Sequence record: MW584160.1
DNA length: 24,000 nucleotides
Strand: one strand, 5' to 3'
Source: Mycobacterium phage prophi86-1
Shown piece by piece: positions 15,669-21,851 of this stretch. Under the pieces are notes generated by a model. That model saw nothing but the letters and a program-made list of their open reading frames with translations. It made no database searches and was not told where the DNA came from. Each line of letters opens with the position of its first letter. Position 1 is the stretch's first letter. The position numbers and the translations under genes are program-made.

Positions 15669-15806
15669 CTGCCGAGGGTTGCCAGTACACGGCTGAGGTA
15701 GAAACTGGCTCATGAATGTTGTTGGTTCACAACTGGAAGAACCATCCGTGTTGAGACATCACGAAAAACTGCTCCGTGCTGGGCACTCCACGTTAAACCG
15801 CCTGCT

Positions 15807-15881
15807 CCCGTTGTTGGGCAATGGAGCGCCCACCGCCCTACGAAGGCGCAACGCATGCAGGTTCGAATCCTGTCAACGGGT
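15807..15881 (+). tRNA. tRNA-Arg(ACG)
   Basis: CCCGTTG/CAACGGG, GGGC/GCCC, loop CTACGAA, GCAGG TTCGAAT CCTGT. Confidence 0.92.
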
Positions 15882-15885
15882 CTTA

Positions 15886-15943
15886 GCGCTGCCGGTGATT
15901 GAAGCCCGGAGAAACGGGGAGGCCCAGCCGCCCCGGCCAGCGC
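15886..15943 (+). ncRNA. Compact non-tRNA stem-loop element
   Basis: GCGCTGcCGG paired with CCGGcCAGCGC closing an internal GC-rich region. Confidence 0.35.
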
Positions 15944-15947
15944 CATA

Positions 15948-16018
15948 CCTTGTGTAGCTCAATGGCAGAGCCCCTCGCTGTGACCGAGGTTATCGCGGTT
16001 CAACTCCGCGCACGGGGA
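15948..16018 (+). tRNA. tRNA-His(GTG)
   Basis: CCTTGTG/CACGGGG, GCTC/GAGC, CCTCG CTGTGAC CGAGG, CGCGG TTCAACT CCGCG. Confidence 0.92.
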
Positions 16019-16041
16019 CGTACAGACACCGAAAGGCCAAT

Positions 16042-16206
16042 ATGACTGACAAGCTGCGCACGGGCATCGCCCATATCGACATCGTCAAGGCGGTAAACGA
16101 CCTGATTGATCGTATGGATGCCCTTGAGGACTTCCACTACGCAGTGGAAGAGAAGCCGGTAGCCAAGAAGGCACCAGCGAAGAAGGCAGCACCCGCTGCA
16201 GAATAG
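16042..16206 (+). CDS. Hypothetical 54-aa protein with Lys/Ala/Pro-rich tail
   Basis: MTDKLRTGIAHIDIVKAVNDLIDRMDALEDFHYAVEEKPVAKKAPAKKAAPAAE*. Confidence 0.65.
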   Translation: MTDKLRTGIAHIDIVKAVNDLIDRMDALEDFHYAVEEKPVAKKAPAKKAAPAAE

Positions 16207-16214
16207 CGGCTTAA

Positions 16215-16286
16215 GGCGAAGTGAGTGAGTGGCTAGCTGGCAGGCTGCAACCCTGACCCACGCCGGTTCGATCCCGGCCTTCGTCT
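16215..16286 (+). tRNA. tRNA-Cys(GCA)
   Basis: GGCGAAG/CTTCGTC, loop CTGCAAC, GCCGG TTCGATC CCGGC. Confidence 0.88.
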
Positions 16287-16343
16287 CGACGCGCTCGGTG
16301 AGTAGGAGTCACCGTAAAGCCGACGCGGCAATATCGGCACCAA

Positions 16344-16417
16344 GCTCCAATAGCCCAACTGGCAGAGGCGACAGGCTTAGACCCTGGAGGTTGTGGGTTC
16401 GAATCCCTCTTGGAGTA
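16344..16417 (+). tRNA. tRNA-Leu(TAG), short variable arm
   Basis: GCTCCAA/TTGGAGT, loop CTTAGAC, T-loop TTCGAAT. Confidence 0.85.
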
Positions 16418-16475
16418 CCGGTTCAAACAGCCCTCACGGGTGCCGACCGCCTCGGGTCGGTTAAATGCTGAGCAT

Positions 16476-16550
16476 GGTCGGCTAGGCAAACCTGGCAAAG
16501 CCGCCGAGCTCAAACCTCGGTGTGTGCGAGTTCGATCCTCGCGCCGACTA
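16476..16550 (+). tRNA. tRNA-Leu(CAA), short variable arm
   Basis: GGTCGGC/GCCGACT, CCGAG CTCAAAC CTCGG, GCGAG TTCGATC CTCGC. Confidence 0.92.
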
Positions 16551-16551
16551 C

Positions 16552-16761
16552 GTGAAGTCGTTCGACGTACAGACAACCAGCGGCGAGTACACCGTCTACG
16601 GCAAGAAGGTGACGGTGGCCCACGCGATCGAGGCTATCGAGGCCTACGGACATACGGTCCTGAGCTGCACTCCGTCCAAGCAGCGAGCTGAGGCGGGCAG
16701 GGGCGGATACCGGTCTGCGTATCCTCATGTGTGGGACCAATTTCCAGAAATGGGCGGCTGA
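16552..16761 (+). CDS. Hypothetical protein
   Basis: GTG start 2 nt after tRNA-Leu(CAA): VKSFDVQTTSGEYTVYGKKVTVAHAIEAIEAYGHTVLSC. Confidence 0.6.
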   Translation: MKSFDVQTTSGEYTVYGKKVTVAHAIEAIEAYGHTVLSCTPSKQRAEAGRGGYRSAYPHVWDQFPEMGG

Positions 16762-17034
16762 GTGTCACGAACGCATAAGACGAAGCCGTTCTGGGTGAAG
16801 CTCCGCCAGGGTCACCTCATGGCCGAAGAGTTCCACGATCACAGGATGGGCCAATGTGATCTCCCCGGCCAGATCGTGGGGGACTCCTGGCATGCCACGC
16901 GGTGCCGATACCTGTTCGCCTATACGGGCGTTCATACGTGTTGCTGCTGGATGTGCCACGGGCCGGATGAGCGCCGTAAGGATCGTTCGGAACGTAAGCG
17001 TGCTGTGCGTGATTGGTGGCGCGAGTACGAGTAG
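16762..17034 (+). CDS. Hypothetical Cys/His-rich protein
   Basis: VSRTHKTKPFWVKLRQG...CRYLFAYTGVHTCCCWMCHGPDERRKDRSERKRA. Confidence 0.65.
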   Translation: MSRTHKTKPFWVKLRQGHLMAEEFHDHRMGQCDLPGQIVGDSWHATRCRYLFAYTGVHTCCCWMCHGPDERRKDRSERKRAVRDWWREYE

Positions 17035-17107
17035 TGGGCGTTGGTGAAACGGAATCACCCCCAAGCTTTTACCTCGTGAGTTGAGGGTTCAAATCCCTTG
17101 CGCCCTA
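17035..17107 (+). tRNA. tRNA-Lys(TTT), possibly degenerating
   Basis: GGGCG/CGCCC core of acceptor, CTTTTAC loop, GAGGG TTCAAAT CCCTT; anticodon stem CCAAG/CTCGT has two mismatches. Confidence 0.7.
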
Positions 17108-17108
17108 A

Positions 17109-17180
17109 GGGAGTATAGTTAAGTGGTTATAACTCTTGGCTCTTACCCATGAATCTCAGGTTCGAATCCTGGTGCTCCCA
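17109..17180 (+). tRNA. tRNA-Lys(CTT)
   Basis: GGGAGTA/TGCTCCC, CTTGG CTCTTAC CCATG, TCAGG TTCGAAT CCTGG. Confidence 0.88.
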
Positions 17181-17181
17181 C

Positions 17182-17253
17182 TGGTTCGTCGTCCAATGGT
17201 AAGGACACCGACCTGATACGTCGGCAATCGCAGTTCAATTCTGTGCGAACCTA
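17182..17253 (+). tRNA. tRNA-Ile(GAT)
   Basis: GGTTCG/CGAACC, GTCC/GGAC, CCGAC CTGATAC GTCGG, CGCAG TTCAATT CTGTG. Confidence 0.92.
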
Positions 17254-17257
17254 CCAA

Positions 17258-17324
17258 GCGGTAGTTCCGGAAAGTGCGTGGCCTCCTAAGCCGCTGCAAG
17301 GGTGTTCGAGTCACCTCTGCCGCT
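17258..17324 (+). tRNA. tRNA-Arg(CCT) with truncated D-arm
   Basis: GCGGTAG/CTGCCGC, GTGGC CTCCTAA GCCGC, GGGTG TTCGAGT CACCT; only 13 nt between acceptor and anticodon stem; CCA follows. Confidence 0.8.
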
Positions 17325-17328
17325 CCAA

Positions 17329-17403
17329 GCGAGTGTGATGTTTAACGGTTTAGCATCCCTGTCTTCCAAACAGGTCGTGCCAGTTCGAATCTGGTCACTC
17401 GTT
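17329..17403 (+). tRNA. tRNA-Gly(TCC)
   Basis: GCGAGTG/CACTCGT, CCTGT CTTCCAA ACAGG, GCCAG TTCGAAT CTGGT. Confidence 0.93.
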
Positions 17404-17408
17404 CTCAT

Positions 17409-17477
17409 GCCTGGTTAGTCTGGGACGAAAGCTGGCTTACATCCAGCCAAAGCGGGGTTCGATTCCTCGACTGGGTA
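17409..17477 (+). tRNA. tRNA-Val(TAC) with shortened D-arm
   Basis: GCCTGGT/ACTGGGT, GCTGG CTTACAT CCAGC, CGGGG TTCGATT CCTCG; D region TAGTCTGGGACGAAA is 15 nt. Confidence 0.85.
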
Positions 17478-17526
17478 CGCCACAGGCCACTTGCAAGGGC
17501 ACCTGTTCAAAACGCCTATGCACCAG

Positions 17527-17600
17527 GCCTCATTAGCTCATCCGGCTAGAGCACTTCCTTAGTAACGAAGAGGCGCGGGGTTCGAGACCTCGATGAGGCC
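17527..17600 (+). tRNA. tRNA-Thr(AGT)
   Basis: GCCTCAT/ATGAGGC, GCTC/GAGC, CTTCC TTAGTAA CGAAG, CGGGG TTCGAGA CCTCG. Confidence 0.88.
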
Positions 17601-17670
17601 CTACAGGGTTGTCGGCTCCGTTGAGGTAACCGTCCAAGTTCAGACCCAGTCTTGTCAAAACGGGGGCCTT

Positions 17671-17744
17671 GGGGGCGCATGTTCCAAGGTGGCGACCGAT
17701 CCTTGCAAGATTGGTGTGGTCGCGTTCAATTCGCACCGTCTCCA
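17671..17744 (+). tRNA. tRNA-Ala(TGC)
   Basis: GGGGGCG/CGTCTCC, CGATC CTTGCAA GATTG; weak T-stem around TTCAATT. Confidence 0.75.
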
Positions 17745-17851
17745 CGGGAGTTTTGGCCAAGCAGCTCCAGGGTTTGATTCCCAGAAAGTTGGCTCAGGTT
17801 GTTCGTACCTGCCCCGGTGGCCTCGAAAACCACTGGGGGCAAACGTTCTTT

Positions 17852-17925
17852 CGAGTCGTAGCTTAGAGGTCTAAAGCACCGCCCTGTCACGGCGGGGGAC
17901 GCCGGTTCAAATCCGGTCGACTTGA
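17852..17925 (+). tRNA. tRNA-Asp(GTC)
   Basis: CGAGTCG/CGACTTG, CCGCC CTGTCAC GGCGG, GCCGG TTCAAAT CCGGT. Confidence 0.95.
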
Positions 17926-17926
17926 C

Positions 17927-18265
17927 GTGAGTAGAGAACGAGTACTGTCCGTCACCCTCTCGGATTGTCGCGTAGACACATTCCGGTCAGGCGGTAAGGG
18001 CGGTCAAAACCAGAACAAGCGCGAGACTGGTGTGCGGATCACGCATGAGCCTTCTGGCGCGGTGGGTGAGTCGCGCGAGGAGCGTAGCCAGCTGCAGAAC
18101 AAGCAGTCGGCATTCAGGCGTATGGCGAGCTCACCAAAGTTCCAACTATGGGTGAAGCGTCAGGTCGGTCGTGAGGAGCTGCAGCGGGCCCAGGTTGAGC
18201 GCGATATGTGGCCGGTGAACCTCAAGACTGAGGTTCGCGAATCCGGCAAGTGGGTTGAGCAATAA
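17927..18265 (+). CDS. Short GGQ-domain peptide-release-factor-like protein
   Basis: VDTFRSGGKGGQNQNKRETGVRITHEPSGAVGESREERSQLQNKQSAFRRM is the class-I RF catalytic domain; 112 aa; GTG 2 nt after tRNA-Asp. Confidence 0.92.
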   Translation: MSRERVLSVTLSDCRVDTFRSGGKGGQNQNKRETGVRITHEPSGAVGESREERSQLQNKQSAFRRMASSPKFQLWVKRQVGREELQRAQVERDMWPVNLKTEVRESGKWVEQ

Positions 18266-18271
18266 CCCTAA

Positions 18272-18342
18272 GGTCCATTGGTGTAGTGAGAGCACACCAC
18301 CCTCTCAAGGTGTTGGTGCGGGTTTGATTCCCGCATGGACTA
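18272..18342 (+). tRNA. tRNA-Glu(CTC)
   Basis: GGTCCAT/ATGGACT, CCACC CTCTCAA GGTGT, GCGGG TTTGATT CCCGC. Confidence 0.92.
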
Positions 18343-18347
18343 CTCGA

Positions 18348-18378
18348 AGAGCCCTCAGCGAAAGCTGGGGGCTTTTTT
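18348..18378 (+). terminator. Rho-independent terminator closing the tRNA island
   Basis: GCCCTCAGC-GAAA-GCTGGGGGC (18351-18372) then TTTTTT. Confidence 0.93.
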
Positions 18379-18381
18379 CGT

Positions 18382-18413
18382 ACCCACATGAACCCCGAAT
18401 CGCTCAATAGCAT
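18382..18413 (+). promoter_or_regulatory. Candidate phage promoter: ACCCACATGAACC box plus TAGCAT -10
   Basis: Exact 13-mer, TAGCAT at offset 26 (18408-18413), ATG at offset 38 (18420), directly after terminator. Confidence 0.65.
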
Positions 18414-18419
18414 TGGTAC

Positions 18420-18530
18420 ATGAAGGAATTCAGGAAGTACTTGAGCATCACAATCTTCACACTGAGCGTCATTGACTTGGCGGCGTCGGTGTTGGAGCTG
18501 GTTGAGAGCGTCAAGCTGGAGAAGCTATGA
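18420..18530 (+). CDS. 36-aa hypothetical peptide, possible membrane segment
   Basis: MKEFRKYLSITIFTLSVIDLAASVLELVESVKLEKL*; ATGA overlap to next. Confidence 0.55.
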   Translation: MKEFRKYLSITIFTLSVIDLAASVLELVESVKLEKL

Positions 18531-18637
18531 AGCGCCTCGATGACTTGGCTTGGTACGTGTCACTGGCGATGGGCGGGTTCGTGGTCATCCTGCTCCTGAT
18601 TTTCCCGGTTCTGATGGAGTTGAGGTGGGGGCATTGA
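18527..18637 (+). CDS. 36-aa single-pass membrane peptide
   Basis: MKRLDDLAWYVSLAMGGFVVILLLIFPVLMELRWGH*. Confidence 0.6.
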   Translation: MKRLDDLAWYVSLAMGGFVVILLLIFPVLMELRWGH

Positions 18638-19866
18638 GTGAGCGCATTGGTGACAACATCATCTCGTTCGCCTCGGAGATCGACTACACGACAATCGATC
18701 AGGCTAAGGAGACGGCCTCGTTACCGTTCATCTACCCACATATGGCGTTGATGCCTGACGCCCATAGCGGCAAGGGTTCAGCTGTTGGCACGGTCATCCC
18801 CACCGTGGGGGCTGTGATTCCTGCGGCTGTCGGTGTGGATATTGGCTGCGGCATGATCGCGGTGAAGACCCGGTTTACCGAGTGCAATCTGATGGAGGAA
18901 TTCGACGGCCAGCGTGCCTACATGAGCCATCTTCCTCGGTTGCGTGAGGCAATCGAACAGGCAATCCCATTGTCCCCAGGCAACTACAACGCGGACACGA
19001 AGCGCTTCCCCTTCACCCGCCAGCGGATTGAAGGCCTGATCCAACTGCAGCGCGAGCTGGACGTCGACCTGTCTCACTCTCCGAAGTGGATGGAGCAGCT
19101 CGGGTCACTCGGTGGCGGTAACCACTTCATTGAGCTGTGCTTGGACTCCGACGACACGGTGTGGTTGTTCCTGCATAGCGGGTCTCGTGGTGTGGGTAAC
19201 AAGATCGCTCAGCGCCACATCAAGGTTGCGCAGGGCCTGTATGACGAGCGGCTCATGTGGGCCGTGGGTGGGCATGTCACTCGGGTTCCTAACCGAGATC
19301 TTGTCTACTTGACTGAGGGCACTCCCGAGTTCGACCGCTACATCAAGGATTTGCAGTGGGCACAGAAGTTCGCCTACGAGAACCGTGCCGAGATGATGGA
19401 CCGCTACGTCCACGTGTTCGCGAATTGGCTTGGAGTGCAGGCGCAGCGCGTCGAGATCGACCGCGTGAACTGTCACCACAACTACACGGTTGAGACTGAG
19501 ATCGATGGGCGGAAGGTGTGGTTGACCCGGAAGGGCGCTATCGATGCGTCAGAGGGGAAGCTGGGCCTTATCCCCGGCTCGATGGGTACACGCTCCTATG
19601 TGGTCCGGGGTCGGGGCAACACGGATGGCCTGTTCTCTGCACCGCATGGTGCCGGGAGGCGATTCTCGCGCACAAAGGCGAAGGAGCTCTTCACCCTTGA
19701 AGACCTAGCCGAGCAGATGCAGGGCATCGAGTACCGCCACGGCGAAGAGTGGATTGACGAGATCCCATCCTGCTACAAGCCAATCGACGTCGTGATGAGT
19801 GACGCGGCCCCGCTGGTCGAGGTTGTCACCGAGTTGCGCCAGGTGCTGAATGTGAAGGGGACGTAG
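18634..19866 (+). CDS. rtcB: RtcB-type RNA ligase
   Basis: MPDAHSGKGSAVGTVI, VGVDIGCGMIAVKT, GSLGGGNHFIEL, HSGSRGVGN, NCHHNY, GSMGTRSYVVRG, SAPHGAGRRFSRTKA; likely TTG start at 18634. Confidence 0.96.
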   Translation: MSERIGDNIISFASEIDYTTIDQAKETASLPFIYPHMALMPDAHSGKGSAVGTVIPTVGAVIPAAVGVDIGCGMIAVKTRFTECNLMEEFDGQRAYMSHLPRLREAIEQAIPLSPGNYNADTKRFPFTRQRIEGLIQLQRELDVDLSHSPKWMEQLGSLGGGNHFIELCLDSDDTVWLFLHSGSRGVGNKIAQRHIKVAQGLYDERLMWAVGGHVTRVPNRDLVYLTEGTPEFDRYIKDLQWAQKFAYENRAEMMDRYVHVFANWLGVQAQRVEIDRVNCHHNYTVETEIDGRKVWLTRKGAIDASEGKLGLIPGSMGTRSYVVRGRGNTDGLFSAPHGAGRRFSRTKAKELFTLEDLAEQMQGIEYRHGEEWIDEIPSCYKPIDVVMSDAAPLVEVVTELRQVLNVKGT

Positions 19867-20375
19867 TGAGTCGCCGTGTTCTCGTCACCGGTAGCCGCGA
19901 CTGGCCAGACCCAAAGCCGGTTGTATGTGCGCTCAACAGCCAGTGGCTCAAGGCGCACAAGAAGGGCCAGACGCTTGTGGTCGTCCAGGGGGAGTGCCCG
20001 AAGGGTGCTGACCTTTTCGCGGCCGAATGGGCGCAGTTTCGTGAAGATCGCGGCTTCAGGGTGAAGAACGAGCCACACCCTGCTGATTGGGATCGCGACT
20101 GTGACGAGCGATGCACACACGCCCCAAGGTGGAAGAACGGCAGACGGTACTGCCCGTTGGCTGGACATCTTCGAAACCAGAAGATGGTGGATTTGGGTGC
20201 TGATATCTGCATCGCATTCCCGCTGAAGGATTCACGCGGTACGTGGGACTGCATCAAGCGAGCGAAGCGGTCCGGAATTTCGGTGATCAATTTCGGCTTT
20301 GACGGCCCCTTGTGCTCGCCGTCCATTAACTACCACGTCGACCCACACACTGGACCGTGCGCTCTTGCACGGTGA
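19866..20375 (+). CDS. SLOG-superfamily (DUF2493/YspA-like) protein
   Basis: RRVLVTGSRDW...LVVVQGECPKGADLFAAEWA...GHLRNQKMVDLGADICIAFP. Confidence 0.85.
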   Translation: MSRRVLVTGSRDWPDPKPVVCALNSQWLKAHKKGQTLVVVQGECPKGADLFAAEWAQFREDRGFRVKNEPHPADWDRDCDERCTHAPRWKNGRRYCPLAGHLRNQKMVDLGADICIAFPLKDSRGTWDCIKRAKRSGISVINFGFDGPLCSPSINYHVDPHTGPCALAR

Positions 20376-20499
20376 GTTCTGGTTTGAGAAGTACCCGGTG
20401 ATCCCAGGCAAGGGGTACCGCGATTCGGCATGCGACTACGACCCGGTGACCGTCTATGACGGCGCTCAGATCATGGGAGAGGTGAACAGCGATGAGTGA
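20365..20499 (+). CDS. Hypothetical small protein
   Basis: LHGEFWFEKYPVIPGKGYRDSACDYDPVTVYDGAQIMGEVNSDE*, overlaps both neighbours. Confidence 0.45.
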   Translation: MHGEFWFEKYPVIPGKGYRDSACDYDPVTVYDGAQIMGEVNSDE

Positions 20500-20845
20500 G
20501 CTGAAGCAAATGATCGTCATGCGCAAAGACCTTGGTATGCGCGCAGGCAAGATGGTCGCACAGGGCGCACATGCATCGCTGGCTGCGACGCTCGAATACC
20601 TCTCGGATCCGCGCGTTGAAGAGTGGCTGCAGGGGAGTTTCACCAAGGTATGTGTACGTGTCGAGAGTGAAGATGCGCTGATTGAGCTGTGGGATAAGGC
20701 AATTAAGGCCGGAATCCCGAATTCCTTGATTACTGACAACGGATTGACTGAGTTCCACGGCGTGCTCACAACTACCTGTTGTGCCATTGGTCCAGCGACC
20801 GCCGACCAACTCGCGCCGATTACAGGGGAGCTGAAACTGCTATGA
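20492..20845 (+). CDS. Pth2-type peptidyl-tRNA hydrolase
   Basis: KQMIVMRKDLGMRAGKMVAQGAHAS...KVCVRVESEDALIELWDKAIKAGIPNSLITDNGLTEF...TTCCAIGPA is the archaeal/eukaryotic-type PTH2 pattern. Confidence 0.93.
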   Translation: MSELKQMIVMRKDLGMRAGKMVAQGAHASLAATLEYLSDPRVEEWLQGSFTKVCVRVESEDALIELWDKAIKAGIPNSLITDNGLTEFHGVLTTTCCAIGPATADQLAPITGELKLL

Positions 20846-21156
20846 CTGAGAAGCCTGCACTGCCAGAACTGATTTGCGATGTCTGCGGGAAGGAGCCCGC
20901 ACTCGGAGTGTGTTCGGTGCCTGGTGTACCTATCTCTATGGCGTATGGCGATGAGTGCCTGAAAGCCAACGCGCACCCGTGGTTCATCCTTGTGGGCGAA
21001 ACCGCCACGATGGGTGGCCTTGAGGCTGTGGCTGAATGGTGGATTCAGATGGTCGAGGATACCATCGCCCACCTTGGCGGCGAGTACACCCGCGAACGGT
21101 TCGACCGCGAGGTGGTAGAGGCGCACGCCGAGATGAAGGCATTGGGGTTGGTGTGA
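20842..21156 (+). CDS. Hypothetical protein with short Cys motif
   Basis: MTEKPALPELICDVCGKEPALGVCSVPGVPISMAYGDEC; ATGA overlap. Confidence 0.65.
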   Translation: MTEKPALPELICDVCGKEPALGVCSVPGVPISMAYGDECLKANAHPWFILVGETATMGGLEAVAEWWIQMVEDTIAHLGGEYTRERFDREVVEAHAEMKALGLV

Positions 21157-21851
21157 CCGCCTACTGGTTTAACCGCAACCCTGTGGTGATCGGGCCCAGA
21201 GTGGAATCCGACCACGCGCTAATCGAGGGGACACCAAACCTGCGCCGTGCGAGCCTGTCGAATGCCGTGCTTTATGGAGGTCCACTCTTGCGCGGACTCT
21301 TGCAGTCAGCCCCAATTGTTGGGAACCACAAGCACATCTTCGTGGACACTAAGGTCTCTATGCTGATGCCCGGTTGGTGGCCTGCGATTCCCGGGTGGCA
21401 TACCGATGGGGTTCCGCGCGTGCTACTCGGCGGCACGGGTGGCATGAAGCTGTATGGGCCACATGGAGACGGTCAGCCGTCGTTGTCTCAGCAGAACACC
21501 CGGTCTCTTGAGGGCTACTGCCCGCGCTATCACACGCTGCATGTTGGTAACGACTGCCCGACTGTGTTCATTGATGGCCGGATGCACTTGCCCATTGAGC
21601 ACGACGAAGACGAGCAGATGTATTCGGAGATGACGCGCCGGATTGACGGCTGTACCACTCTACGGAAGCTAGTTGCGCAAGAAGCCGTTTGGTACTCGTG
21701 GGATTGGTGGAACATCCACCAGGCGTCGCAGGCTACTGAACGTGGATGGCGTCTGCTGATACGCATCACAGAATCTGACCAACAGCCAGCGGATTCGGAC
21801 TTCATCCGACCGCAGAACCAAGTCTATGTACCAAGGGAGTTTGGCTGGTGA
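21153..21851 (+). CDS. Possible 2-oxoglutarate/Fe(II) oxygenase-like protein
   Basis: WHTDGVPR (HxD) ... WWNIHQASQATERGWRLLIRI (distal H and R). Confidence 0.55.
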   Translation: MTAYWFNRNPVVIGPRVESDHALIEGTPNLRRASLSNAVLYGGPLLRGLLQSAPIVGNHKHIFVDTKVSMLMPGWWPAIPGWHTDGVPRVLLGGTGGMKLYGPHGDGQPSLSQQNTRSLEGYCPRYHTLHVGNDCPTVFIDGRMHLPIEHDEDEQMYSEMTRRIDGCTTLRKLVAQEAVWYSWDWWNIHQASQATERGWRLLIRITESDQQPADSDFIRPQNQVYVPREFGW

